This document shows positions 1 through 13,100 of a stretch of 64,000 nt of DNA, piece after piece. Position 1 is the stretch's first letter. Each line of letters begins with the position of its first letter. A program made the position numbers and the translations under genes. The stretch is from the human T2T-CHM13v2.0 reference genome, Homo sapiens: the NCBI RefSeq assembly GCF_009914755.1, contig NC_060929.1; one strand, given 5' to 3'. The notes beneath the pieces are model-generated. The model saw only the letters and a program-made list of their open reading frames with translations. It ran no database searches and was not told where the DNA came from.

Positions 1-1692
1 CCATGAGAAGAAGTGTTTTTGACTACCAATTACTTCTGAATACCCAGTACATAGACGTAGAAAATTGCACACATGGAGTGTGCTCAATAAATACTATGTA
101 CTGAATTAGGATGAAAAATGTATTTCTTTTACTGCAGGTTATGTTGAAAAAGTTTAAAGGCCATAGATCTCTGTTAGTTTACAAAGTAAAATACACAGGG
201 ACACGGGGATACCTGCAAAGTTTGGAAGACATGGTAACAATTTGCAGAGCATCTAAATGAATTCTGTCAAGCTGGACCTATCTGCTTTAGAAACCATATC
301 ATTTTGGAAACTGGAAGTTATGATGCTTAACCCCAAAAATTTCTGGGACTTTAATAGATATCTCCATACAAATGAAGGGCTTGCAAGTGAAAGTATAAAA
401 ATTTCAACAGGTCTTGCACCAGGAGGCACACTTTTTTTAAAAAGTACTTGCATTCTTAATATTGTGGAAATACACAAACAATAAATTTTTACAAAAAATA
501 TCAACAGTAGGGAAAGGAACTGCTTTTAATACTTTCGATAGTTGATGGTGCCCTGATACTGATTTTGTTTTTAAAACAGAAACATTCCCACATTTGCAAT
601 GAGAATAGATACTGCGAGTTCTTTGTAAATCTACTTAATTTTTAGTTTAGTTTTCCTCGATGCAAAGATTATTACCATATTAAAGAAATTAAAGTAATTA
701 GTTGGCTAGTTGGTTTGTTGTTCTAGGAACAGAACTGGTACTGAGAAAGAATGCAGAAAGCAACTGAATTAGAATATATAAGCTGTTAAGGGCATAATAT
801 AACCAAAGGACAGAATAATATATTTCTGAAGGGAGACAGAAAAATAGATATCTAGAAATCAGTGTATTTTTCCTCAGTTTTTTTCATACATAGATTTCTA
901 AATGATTTTGGGTTATATTAAGATTTTTCTAGGGTATTATCTTCCATTGACCTAATAGATAATTCTCACACTATATTTTAAAAATATTATTTTTGTAAAT
1001 ATATATGATATTTATAAAATAGCTATTATATAAGCTATAAAATAGATTTCTTGTGTATTTTATGTAATATACATTATTGTAGAATATCTATTATTAATTT
1101 TGGTAGAAAAGTTTCATATTATTAATTTTTCTTAATTAGTCTTATCTAATCTCTTCTGTTTTTTCAAATGAAATCTAGAATAATTTTAACAAGTTGCAAA
1201 AGCAACCTCATTCGTATTTTATTTGGATCTCATACCTGTAATTCATGAGAATGAAAAGGTATTCTTACATTTTTCTTCTTTCCATCCATGAATATAGTAT
1301 ATCTCTCTCAGTTAGGAAAAAAATGTGCTCCCCAAAATGCTTGTTTAACAAGTTATTCATATATGTTTCTTTATATGTACTAAAATACAATCTTGTGCAT
1401 TTAATAGAGCTACATATTAGTAGTCAACATCTCAAAATAGTTTTAGATAGACTTGATAAACAAAATAAAGGATTGAACAAAAAAAGACATTCAATTTATA
1501 ATTTTACAGAGTTTATACCTGCAATTTAAAGGCAATGAATGGTAAGGCATGCTCGAAATTATTTAATAGAACCTGTTACTTTGAGAGTTAGAAGTAGCTC
1601 AGAAAATGCTCATGACTAATGTGCTCAGAAACCTCTGCATGAAAAGAACAAACAGAAAAATATAAAGAGCAATAATGCCAATTGTACTATAA

Positions 1693-1719
1693 CTTGACTA
1701 CATTTGAAATGTAGTCAAG
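1693..1719. repeat. Perfect 13-bp inverted repeat, 1-nt spacer
   Basis: cttgactacattt-g-aaatgtagtcaag; arms are exact reverse complements. Confidence 0.95.
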
Positions 1720-1744
1720 ATACACTTCATTTAAATTACAACAC

Positions 1745-2280
1745 ACAACAGCAATCCCATTACTCATTTTATGCACTTGAAATAAAATTGTTCTACCAAA
1801 AAGACACATGCACTCATATGCTTATTGCGGCATTATTCTCAATAGCAAGAACAGGGAATTAACCTAAGTGTTCATCAATAGTGGATTGGTTTAAAAAAGT
1901 GTGATATATATACACCAAGCAATACTACACAGGCCATTAAAAAAATAAAGTCACGTGCTTTGCAGGAACGTGGATGCAGCTAGAAGCCATTCTTGTAAGC
2001 AAACCAAAGCAGAAAGAGAAAAGCAAATATTGCATGTTCTTATTTATAAGTGGTAGCTAAATCTTGGGTTTACACAGACATAGATGGGAATAATAGACAT
2101 GGGAGACTCTGAAAGGGAAGGGACCATGGCTGAAAAACTTCCTATTGGGTACTATGTTCTCTACCTGGGGTGTGGTATCAACAAAAGCCCAAAGCTCAGC
2201 ACCATGCAATATACCCTTGTAACAAATCTGGTCATGTACCTTCTGAATCTAAAGTAAAAATGGAAATTAAAAAAAAAAAA
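1745..2280 (+). mobile_element. 5'-truncated L1 3' end (older L1PA/L1PB type)
   Basis: gcaatcccattact...aagacacatgcactcatatg...aaacttcctattgggtactatg...ctgaatctaaa followed by poly(A) ending at 2280. Confidence 0.85.
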
Positions 2281-2349
2281 CTACTAAACACAATACCAAT
2301 GAAAATATAAAAAGCTAAATATGCAGAAATCTCAGGGACCAAACTATGT

Positions 2350-2780
2350 GAAAATGTTTACTGAGTAGGTTCTTTGCGTTAAGCATTGTTTCAAAGACTG
2401 GTGAAAATGAGATGTAGAAAAAGAGATGGACAGTCTCTGTTCTCATGAAAATTTTGGGGAGCAGGTATGGAGCTCTGGGAATGTGGAGGACATTGAGTGT
2501 GAGTAAGTAAACTACTAAACTGCTATAAAACAAGCAAAAAGTGGCAAGATAATTTTACACAGTGATAAGTGAAGGGAGAATATAAAATGGGATGGGAACA
2601 AGAATAATTTGTTCTGGAGTGGAAACTGTATTTCAGGAAATAGTATTACAATTTGTTTTGTAAGCACAGTCCAGCTTGACTTAAGAGGCATGCAAATAAT
2701 TAGAGACTATGTTCAGAGAATAATTGAAGGTGGTGAAAGTGCATACAGAACTGAGTCACAGAATATAAACAGAGCCTTCT
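2350..2780 (-). mobile_element. Degenerate L2 fragment
   Basis: aaatgtttactgag...agtctctgttctcatgaa resembles the reverse complement of the L2 3' end. Confidence 0.45.
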
Positions 2781-2842
2781 CAGCTTGCTATTAAGTAGAT
2801 AATTTCCCTCAGTCCCTTTCATTCTTTAGAATGTTTTCTCTG

Positions 2843-3018
2843 GGAAGGGGAGGTGGGGGGAGGAGGAGGAGGAGGAGAAGAAGAAAGAGAGAGAAAGAGA
2901 GACAGAGGAGAGAGAGAGAGAGAGACAGAGGAGAGAGAGAGAGAGAGAGAGATGAGGGAGACAGGAGAGAGAAAGAGAGAGACAGGAGAGGAGAGAGACA
3001 GAGACAGAGAAAGAAAAT
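2843..3018. repeat. GA-rich polypurine microsatellite
   Basis: (GGA)n/(GA)n/(GACA) tract of about 175 bp. Confidence 0.95.
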
Positions 3019-3397
3019 AAAGACATTGAGAATTTTGTGGAATTTAATAATAAACCTATTAAAATGTTGATTTTAAAATGTCTTTCATCAATTGCCTTAT
3101 TTGGACTATTTCTTGTTTTAAAAAATCCATTTCATACACTTCCTTTCATATGATGTTCTGGACGCTGTTCTTAGATTCTTTCAAAACAGAATAGTATGGA
3201 AGCTCTAAGGAAATTTATAAATTAGTAGAAAGGAATGATTGCTAATGTTAGAAAAAAGCAAATGTCATAGAAAAAATATCAAATACAGTATTGCATGTAC
3301 TTAAATGAGCTGTGATAAAGAGAACCTTTGAAGTGTTTCGTATTCATGAAGAATGAAATATGATGTCTACAATATTTGTGAAACAACCATAACATGG

Positions 3398-3738
3398 TTT
3401 TTATGGTTTGAATGTTTGTCCCATCCAAAACTTATGTTGAAGTTTTGTTGCCAGTGTGGAGGTGCTAGGCTGTGGGGCCTTTGGGAGGTAATAAGGTATG
3501 GGTTCCACCCTAATGGGTGAAATGAATGCCTCATAAAAGGGTGAATTTGGCCCTCTTTTGTCTCTTTGCCCTTCTGCCTTCTGCCATGTGGTAACACAGT
3601 TATACTGCCCTCACCAGATGCTGTTGCCTTGTTCCTGGACTTCCAAGCCTACAGAACTGGAAGAAAATAAGTTTCTGTTTATTAAAAATTATCCAGTCTC
3701 AGGTACTCTGTTGTGGCAGGACAAAGCAGACTAAGACA
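3398..3738 (+). mobile_element. MaLR solo LTR (MST family)
   Basis: tatggtttgaatgtttgtccc...ctggacttccaagcc...tccagtctcaggta...gactaagaca. Confidence 0.85.
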
Positions 3739-5006
3739 ATGTTCAAGTAGAAAAGATACTAAGTATGGACATTTGACAGATTCATAAAACATCAGTCAAA
3801 AATGCTTCACTCATTAATGTGTGAATTTGCACATGGGTAAATTATGTTTTGAATGTTTGGAATATGGAGTTAAAATATGGCTTATTCTTTTTTCATATAA
3901 TTATTAAAAGTAATTTACCAAATAGATTTCAAAATTTTTATTGAAAATATTTGATTAATGAACTTATAGATTATAGTGTCTGCAATTAAAACTAAAGAAT
4001 AGGAGGGCAAAAGCTAACAATTCTCCAAGGACTATTATAACATGTTCATCAAAATATTGTAAGATCAAATATTGCATTAATATATTCCTGCTCAGGAGTA
4101 CTCTTATAAAATGAAATGACAAATTTGTTTCTCCCTGAGGCAGTTTGAAACATAGATTTGATGACTAAAGTCACGAAGTGATTAGTGTCCAAAGCATAAG
4201 ACTTTTAAAACTCCAATATTTTCATAAAAATGATTTATCATTACATTTGTCACCAAAAGTAATGCACAAACATAGACATTGTGGATGCTGATTAATTATG
4301 CATCTCAACTTTTAGTTAATTACATGCCCTAATTATACAATTTAATGTATAGTACTTATAACAATTAAATAATTAGAATATGTGACTGGAACTGTTGCTA
4401 TATAGTGAAAGATCTTAATCTATTTTAGATAGAAATGAGAAAAAAAACACATAGTCATCCACATTTTTCTTAAATAAGGGAAATGAAAACGACATCTTAA
4501 AAGGAGATTAAATACTATACTATAAATAAGGGTAATATTTGTCTAGGGAGCTGTCTGGATCCAGTGTCTATGGAAATTCTCTTAAAAAATACAAAAATTA
4601 ACTATATATTCAATCACACACAACATGGAAATTTTGACACTATAATATTAGTAAAGATAATCAGCCACATTGTTGTACTTGATTCTTTGAGCATATATCA
4701 TCAACATAATTGTGAGAGATAAAAATATTAATGTCAAGATGGCAGATAGTGGAGACATAAGCTAAGAAAGCCTTATATTTCTGTAGACAGGTAAGTTGGT
4801 CAGGTACCAATGTACATGCATGTTCTCAATAGTTAAATCCCTGTAAGATATGGGTACCTTAATTGTCATAGAGAACTAAAGAAGTATGATATTAAAGGAG
4901 GCTCCTGAAAGGTAAACTCAAAATAGGTAGGAAACCATTATTGACCACTGTTTAAGTCATTAGGTGAATGGCTGTGCAGAATTTTATAATTGATAGATTA
5001 GGATGA

Positions 5007-5405
5007 TGTGTTGGTTAATACTGAGTGTCAACTTGATTGCATTGAAGGATGCAAAGTATTGATCCTGGGTGTGTCTGTGAGGGTGTTGCCTAAGGAGATT
5101 AACATTTGAATCAGTGGGCTGAGAAAGGCAGACTCATCCTTAATCTAGGTGGGCACCGTCTAATCAGCTGCCACCATGGCCAGAACATAAAAGCAGGCAG
5201 AAAAACATGAAAAGACTAGACTGGCTTAGCCTCCCAGCCTACATCTTTTTCCTGTGCTGTGTGTTTCTCTTCTTGCCCTTGAACATTGGATTCCAAGTTC
5301 TTCAGCTTTGGGACTTGGACTAGCTTCCTTGCTCCTCAGCTTGCAGGTGGCCTATTGTGGGACCTTGTGATCATGTGAATTATACTCCTTAATAAACTCC
5401 CATAT
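5007..5405 (+). mobile_element. MLT2A (HERV-L) LTR lacking its 3' terminus
   Basis: tgtgttggttaatactgagtgtcaacttgattg...gggtgtgtctgtgagggtgttgcc...aataaactccc. Confidence 0.85.
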
Positions 5406-5783
5406 AGGAGATACATATATGATATATATAATATATCATATATGTGATATATGATATATATGTGATATATGTGATCTATATGATATATAGATCACATATG
5501 TGATATATGATACATATCACATGCATGTGATGCGTGCGACATATATATCACATGCATGCGATGCGTGCGACATATATATCACATGCATGTGATGCGTGTG
5601 ATATATATATCACATACATGTGACGCATGTGATATGTACATCTCACATACATGTGACACATGTGATAGGTACATCTCACATACATGTGACGCATGTGATA
5701 GGTATGTCACACATATATGTGACACATGTGATAGGTATATCTCACATACATGTGATACATGTGATATATATCTCACATACATG
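5406..5783. repeat. TA-derived complex minisatellite (31-33 bp units)
   Basis: (TA)-rich tract grading into units such as tctcacatacatgtgacacatgtgataggtaca. Confidence 0.9.
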
Positions 5784-7027
5784 TTAAATTTGTTAGACTG
5801 AGCTAGAAGTCTAGAAAGAAAAATTGTACTACAGTAACTTTATACTTCTAAAATTATTTCTAAGAGGAAAGAGATGAGATTTATTAAATTTTATATAGAT
5901 ATTTTAGTTAGTTAATGTTGCATAGTCTTTTCAACTTAAAAGTTTAGGTCTAACATTCGACTCAAAACTTGTTGTTAACAAAGTGTTAATATGCTTTTAT
6001 CTATGCAGTTAACACAATTGTGCCATTTGCAAGTAATTTACCTTAAGAGATATTACCAAATCTTTAAAATTAATAAAAATTAAGCATAATAATGCATGTT
6101 TACATTAAAGTCCTACTTAATCAGAAAGATTCAATTTACAAAGGTAGTTTAAAAGCAAGTCATTATGTCTAAATGGTCCAGTTGGTTATTTCCATTCATA
6201 CTTCACCTTGAAACCTAAATTAACTACATCATAAAGCAGAGTTTTATACATTACCAAAAATATTTTGAGTTATACTCTGAAGCAGAGATTAGCCTTTAGA
6301 GGTCATTTTTCTGCTTTATCTTAATTGGCTAGCACTTTCCCCTAAGTTCTAGCTAATTGATACAGAAATAAGTCATACATCTATTTCACTCTGAGATAGA
6401 AGGTCAGCATGCATCCAATAGTAATATGCTATTCTTTTTCTGCCATAAGTTTTATAGATAATTATCTTTCTTAAAGTCAGCAGACTACAGGCTCAAACAT
6501 GACAGTGGATTAATAATATCATATTAATTGTAATGATTGAACTCATTTTCCCTGGTGTTCCTGTGCATACCGATCATGAAAAATGGCAGACAAACATTTA
6601 CACAGATCGACTGAGAATTCAAATTTAAATGTATCAATACTTATTGTTTTAGTTATTTTGACTTGTTGAATAAGAACAAGCACATTAATGGTATTTACAG
6701 AGAAAAAATAAACTTCATAGAAATCAGTTATCAAGCAGAAGTGTTAAGATAAATGTGTCAGATTGACCAAGGTAAGGAGAACCAGGGAGCCCAGCAATGG
6801 AAAAGACCTTTCTTTTCTGTGAAAACAAGGCAGTGGACTGGGGACTCCAAGATGTAACTATGAGCATTGCCCTCAAGCCTTAACAGTCTCTTACTAATGT
6901 AAAGAGAATATTTTTGTTTCCCATAATAGAAGAGAGAGCAGATAGTTCCAGGAGGAAAAAGTGCACAGAAAACAACAGTGCACACTTTATAAGAACATAT
7001 TCAAATTACAAGATATAAAATTTCCTG

Positions 7028-7315
7028 GGCCGGGAATGGTAACTCACACCTGTAATCCCAGCACTTTGGGAGGCCGAGGCACGTGGATCACCTGAGGTCA
7101 AGAGTTTGAGATCAGCCAGGCAACATGGTGAAACCCTGTCTCTTCTAAAAATATGAAAATCAGCCGGGTGTGGTGGTGCATGTCTGTAATCCCAGCTACT
7201 CAGGAGGCTGAGGCAGGAGAATTGCCTGAACCAGGAAAGTGGAGGTTGTGGTGAGCTGAGATTGTGCCACCACACTCCAGCCTGGATGACAGCGATACTC
7301 CATCTAAAAGAAAAG
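7028..7315 (+). mobile_element. AluS
   Basis: Dimeric Alu; TSD aaaatttcctg at 7017-7027 and 7316-7326. Confidence 0.95.
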
Positions 7316-7989
7316 AAAATTTCCTGTGATGGAAATTAGAGTGAGATATGGAGATAAAGGGAATTAACTAACTTTAAAAATTATACTCTCTCTTATGAAT
7401 TGAGTTAAACCAAACAAAATTTCAAGAATTATAATAAAATCCAAATATAAGCAAAAAAAATCTAAAAATAGACAGTGCTTTTTCATTATCTAGCAATATA
7501 ACAAAGTAAAAATGTTTTAAAGAAAACTTAAAAATTGGCACATTCTTGATAATAGAAAAATTATAGGGATAAGTATATAATGGTTTTCATAATGCAGATG
7601 CACACTGTGAAAAATGAAGTTAAGGCACATGTATGAAAAGTGAACACCAAGTCCTCAGAAAGGGATTCAGCACACAATGTTCCCCCAACTCCATCTAGAA
7701 GCACAAGACCAGCTCATTCCAAAACCAAAATTCTGGCCACTCAGCGCTGCTCACCCGTTTCTTAGCATTCTCTTCTTTCTCTAAAATATTCACTTTTCTC
7801 ACCCTTTTTTTTTTTTTTTTTGCAACTTTGAGAACTAAGGCTCAAATCTCTTCTGTGACACAAAGAGACATCTTGATATTACATTTATGCACCACTGTTC
7901 TTCTTCCCCCATAAACAAAAACAAAACCAAAAATAACATTTTCACATAAAAGCATTTTGTTTTAACTTAAACTAGCAAGAATAGATGTA

Positions 7990-8200
7990 AATGTGATGGT
8001 CCAGGGGCACAGACTGTGTGGCCACATTGCCTGGGCTCCAGTCAGGTTCACCAGTTACCAGCTCATAGCCTTTAGGCAGGTTGTGCCACTTTCTCTAAAG
8101 TCGATAATCCTAGGACCTACTTTGTGTGCTTCTCAGTGAAATTAATTGTGAGGTGCTTATCACAATTCTTGCCTCATATATGACTCGTATATTTTTAATA
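7990..8200 (+). mobile_element. Degenerate MIR
   Basis: tgcctgggctccagtc...agttaccagct...taggcaggttg...gaggtgcttatcaca core similarity. Confidence 0.45.
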
Positions 8201-8659
8201 AATAATCTAGGCTTGTGGAAAATATGAAGAAATGTTAATCTCTCTCACACATCCAGAAGAGAAAGAAAAATCAGATATGACATCTCACTTCTTATTTCCT
8301 GGTTACTATGTGTATTCTTCTACATATTTTTAGATTGCCAAATGGAAATATTTAGCTCCTTGAAAAACATAAAATTAAATATTATCTGGAAACTTAGAGA
8401 ATAAAAGTTGTACATGGACATATTTGTTGGAATGTCTAGCTCTGAAAAATCAAGCATCAACATTCAGTCTAAGCGCGAATACATTTTTATTTTAATTATT
8501 TAGTTGAGAATTTTCCAAGGAACTTTCCTGTCTTCTTTAAATGGAATATGGTAAGAAAATTTTGTGTCTTTTTCTTATAATCCAGATTATTATTATAACA
8601 TCAGGCTTTGTATTGAATTTTACAGCAGTAAGGGCTACAAAATATATTAAATTGTTTAG

Positions 8660-9014
<355 letters not shown>

Positions 9015-9780
9015 TAATGATTTTCCTTGTTGTCTCTCAACAGTCCTCTGATACAAACAACAATGTAAAAATCCCTCATCCTCTTTCAAGTTTGCTACTT
9101 TCCAATATCATGTGCATTAAAACCAAGGAATGATGCATTTTTAAATTGTATGTAATATGATAGTATATAGATCTGATTAAAGTGCTGGGGGATTTTCTAA
9201 TGAGATAAGGGCATTAGCCTAATGTATTAACTCTGATATCTAGATGGCTGGCAAGAGACCTACGCATTCTCTTCAGTTGGGTAGTTAGCTGATTTAGTTG
9301 CCTGGAAAACTGAGCCTACCTTCTTACATGCTAATATGTGATGAAGAGTAAATTCCAAGGGAAGGAAGATTGAGAAGAGGTGGGGCGGCTAGGAAAGGAT
9401 GGTTTCCTATGAATAACTGTGTCTCCAAAGAATCTGTCTAGAGAAAGGATGGCAAAATAATTTTCTCATTGGCTTCTGTCTTCCACTGATGAACATTTGC
9501 CTTACACGGTGTCAATTCCTTCACACTTATCAGTTGTGCCATCTGTCCTCTCAGATAAGTTATCAGGGACATCTGGTTCCAAGACAGCCATGGTATCACC
9601 CAAAGTATAAGCCACAGTGTGCAGGGAATGTCAGCAAGTGGGTACAAACTGGCATTCCTCTCTGCCAGCAGCTTACAGCCTCCAGGGCCAGGTCTGGCAA
9701 GCTAGTATACTTTTGTGGGCTCATAGCAGCCCTCTGCTCCTTTCTTGGCTGCATGGGAACAGAGACTCTCCAGAGCAGAA

Positions 9781-10050
9781 GGCCAAAGTACCTTGAACAA
9801 GGCATGTGGCAGCTTACCATTGGGTTGTGTCCCTGAGAGATATGAGGGTCTGGGACCAAATACTGCAGTAGGCCAAAGTACCTTGAACAAGGCATGTGAC
9901 AGCTTACCATTGGGTTGTGTCCCTGAGAGATATGAGGGTCTGGGACCAAATACTGCAGAAGGCCAAAGTACCTTGAACAAGGCATGTGGCAGCTTACCAT
10001 TGGGTTGTGTCCCTGAGAGATATGAGGGTATGGGACCAACTACTGCAGAA
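9781..10050. repeat. Tandem repeat, 3 x 90 bp
   Basis: Units start at 9781, 9871 and 9961 (ggccaaagtaccttgaac...); 2-3 differences between adjacent units. Confidence 0.98.
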
Positions 10051-12429
10051 GTCCAGGCCAGCCAAGTAGGCCAAGGATCAGAGAGAACTGGTCCCTCTGA
10101 GAGGTAGATATTGCACACCAGTAGTCTACTTCCAATAATGGCAGAAAGACACTCTTTGGCCTAGCTCCTGGTATTAGGTGACCTTTTCTCTAGGATCAAC
10201 ACAGCATCCAATAGATGTTCAGAACTGAGGAATCCCTGTGGCTCATAATCTGGATCAAAATATGCTAAGTCCTTATTAAGTGAGTGAACACTCAAACAAA
10301 TAATCTAAACTATGTTCTCATTGCTTCCACTTATTTGATGAGCAGTAAAAATCTTGCGTGTAGTTTTTACTTTCAACATAAATGAAATGCTTTCTAAGCA
10401 CGTGCAATATTTACTGTTCTTAGATTATTTGCCAGGGCACTTGTAGAACCAAAAGGAAAATCGACAGAATTTCTTAGGCTGTTTCTGACAATCTAGGAAT
10501 ATTTTGCTCATTGTTTATTTCTAGAGCCAGAATTATTAGTTAAACCCTCCAGTACAAAGATATGAATGGGAAGTAATTTATAGAGGTTTTTCATATATAG
10601 CTACAGAATTAACTTACTTTGTAATACCACAATGAGATGAGATTTTAAATATATTACTAGGCAAATAATTACTAGGCAAATAAATAAATTTAAGTTTTTG
10701 TCTGATGCTCTATAATTACGATAATTTCTGCTTCAAACTAGTGGTTTTTGCTACTCTGAAAATAATTCCTGACAAAGTTGAGCCATAACGAATTACTAAG
10801 CACATACTTGTAACAAACACAGAAGTTATTTGTCATCTTTACAGCATACTATAAGACTAATAATGGGATAAATAATAATGTAATTTTACGTGTTGCCACC
10901 CAGCACTAGGCATAAAAAACTCCTCTCTAAAATGCTAATAAAATCTGTGAACTTCCTTTTAAAAGAATCACTCTGCCTTTCCATTTACTCCCTAGTTAAT
11001 ACTACAGTTTTTATCAAGTTTTTTTTTTAATTGCCAGCTGAAAATAAAGAATTCATTCACATGGGCATTGTCTCTCTGCATTCCTGTTTCTTTCCAACCA
11101 GGAGCAGGATAGGGCTTCAATAATCCTAACTTCTGGGCATCCGGAAAAAAGGGTTTGTTCCAAATCCATACAAATGCTGAATCTTAACATCTGAGAAGGG
11201 TGATGGTGATTTTGCCATGGAAATTCAGTGAGCAGTAATCTTAACATTGACTGAGGATTAAGTAAATGGTGAGAAAATGGAGATCCCCTTGTACCCAGCA
11301 GTCCTTATAACTGCTAATTTACTACATGATGTTAATTAAATGAAGCTGGCTTCATAATGGCAATGTATGGTGCCTGCGTAGGAAAGCTGTTAACATAATT
11401 ATATCTCTAACACAGGGAGCAGAGCAGATTACAATTACTAGAAAGCCATGGGATACGGATACCATGAGTGTTGCATTAGGAGGTGGATTTACAGTTCTAA
11501 ATTTCCCCAATACAATGTGCAATTTGTATTTAAGTTTGTATTCATTAGGTGGCATCTAATAGAGATATTTAAAATATAAGCATTCTTCTCTAGGTAATCA
11601 GTTTTTAAATTCAGAAAAGGAGATAGAGTGTATTTATGTGTGTGTATGTGGGTAAAATAAATTTTGGTGTGCAGTTTCCTGCCTTGTCAAAATATTACCT
11701 CTTTTGAAGTATAAATGATGTGACAGTTACATATCAAACCATAAATAAAAATTGGCCTATAAGAATGAAAGTACCTTAATATGCAATATTGGATCCCACT
11801 TCTCCACACTCTTTACCTCTTATCTCCCACCATGGCAACATATTATTAAATATCATTCAAAGAATATGAGACTGAAAAAGTAAAACCTCTCAAAGGTGAA
11901 ATATTTTCAAAGCCAGTTTACGCTATTGAAAATAATTGGCATGGAGTAATTTCCTAACTCCAACATTTTGTGAAGAAAAGTAAAGCTGTTGTAACAAACC
12001 TGCCTATTCTCAGAAGCCTGGTTTATTTTTTCTACTTACTATTTTTACGGGTGTTACGTGCAGCTTATGGTACGAACAGAAATATGAAAAATTCATATAT
12101 AATTTGAATGAAGGTAAAATTTTTAGAATGAACATGAGCAGCTGAAGAGGTATAGGAATCAAATAAGAAAATTAAAAAAAATTAATATTGCTCAAACCCA
12201 TAAGCTATCCCTATACAGCATGAAAACTTTTACTCTCAAACTCTGGCTAATCTTTCTTTTGAAAATTTTAATATGTAAAAATGGTTGTCCAGAATATCAA
12301 GATGTCATAGAATATCTTTAAAATAATTGATTAAGCAGATGATTAATCATGAAGGCAACTGAAACACTTCCTGATCTCTGGAATAGTTTGTAAAAGAAAC
12401 TGAGTATTTGTTGATGGGAGAAGAATTAT

Positions 12430-12590
12430 CCTTTGCATATTGCCTTCTATATATCAGGAACTTTATATGTGTTGTCTTATTTAATTTTCAAAACAACTAT
12501 ACATGGCAAGCACTACTAGTGCTTGCTTTTATTAAGAAACTGGAGATCCTGAATTATTAAGTAAATTGTTCAAGGTTCCCAATCTAACTT
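12430..12590 (-). mobile_element. Degenerate MIR
   Basis: tcttatttaattttcaaaacaac...aagaaactggagatc...aagtaaattgttcaaggt. Confidence 0.5.
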
Positions 12591-12719
12591 CTCCCCACAT
12601 CTAATTATTTGTATACCATCAATCAAGCAATCCTGCTACCTAGTAATACTCAAGGATGCCATAAGTCCTCAGGATTTACTTTTCCAAAATTATAGAAGTG
12701 TAACTTTTGTTTATGTATT

Positions 12720-13100
12720 TATTTTTGTTTTGACAACTTCTACGACATAGAAAATAACAGAAAATGATGTTATGAATACCCATGTACCCATTACCCAAAT
12801 TTTTCAATGTTAAGATTGAAATCAGTCATGCATTTATAAGTAAAATAAACATTACAGATATCTTTGTTGTTTCCTCCCCAACTTTCCTTCTCTTTATCAC
12901 CTCTTAGAGCAATGATGTCTTTGAACTTGGTGTATAAATTACATGTTTTAATAGCAGATATACACCTATAGCTAAGGACATTACATAAAATATGTGTATT
13001 TGTATAAATGTTTTGTACTGTCCCTATGCAACTCTCCTCACTTAACATTAATTTTTCCCACATGGATCCATGTTAGAGAATGCAGTTTTAATTCAGTAAT
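12720..13100 (-). mobile_element. Old L1M (L1ME-like) 3' fragment
   Basis: atgaatacccatgtacccattaccca...tcacttaacatta...ggatccatgtt typical of reverse old L1 3' UTR. Confidence 0.5.

Noticed and set aside
2826-3070. Arg/Glu-rich and Ser/Leu-rich ORFs
   Set aside because: Translation of the GA microsatellite.
5556-5801. Cys/His-repeat ORF resembling a metal-binding protein
   Set aside because: Artefact of the 33-bp minisatellite period.
9781-10050. CRISPR-like array or repeat-protein gene
   Set aside because: Units are contiguous with no unique spacers, the context is primate, and no gene structure is visible.
10653-10682. Perfect 15-bp tandem duplication (similar ones at ~18228-18298 and 52594-52635)
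   Set aside because: Ordinary slippage duplications.
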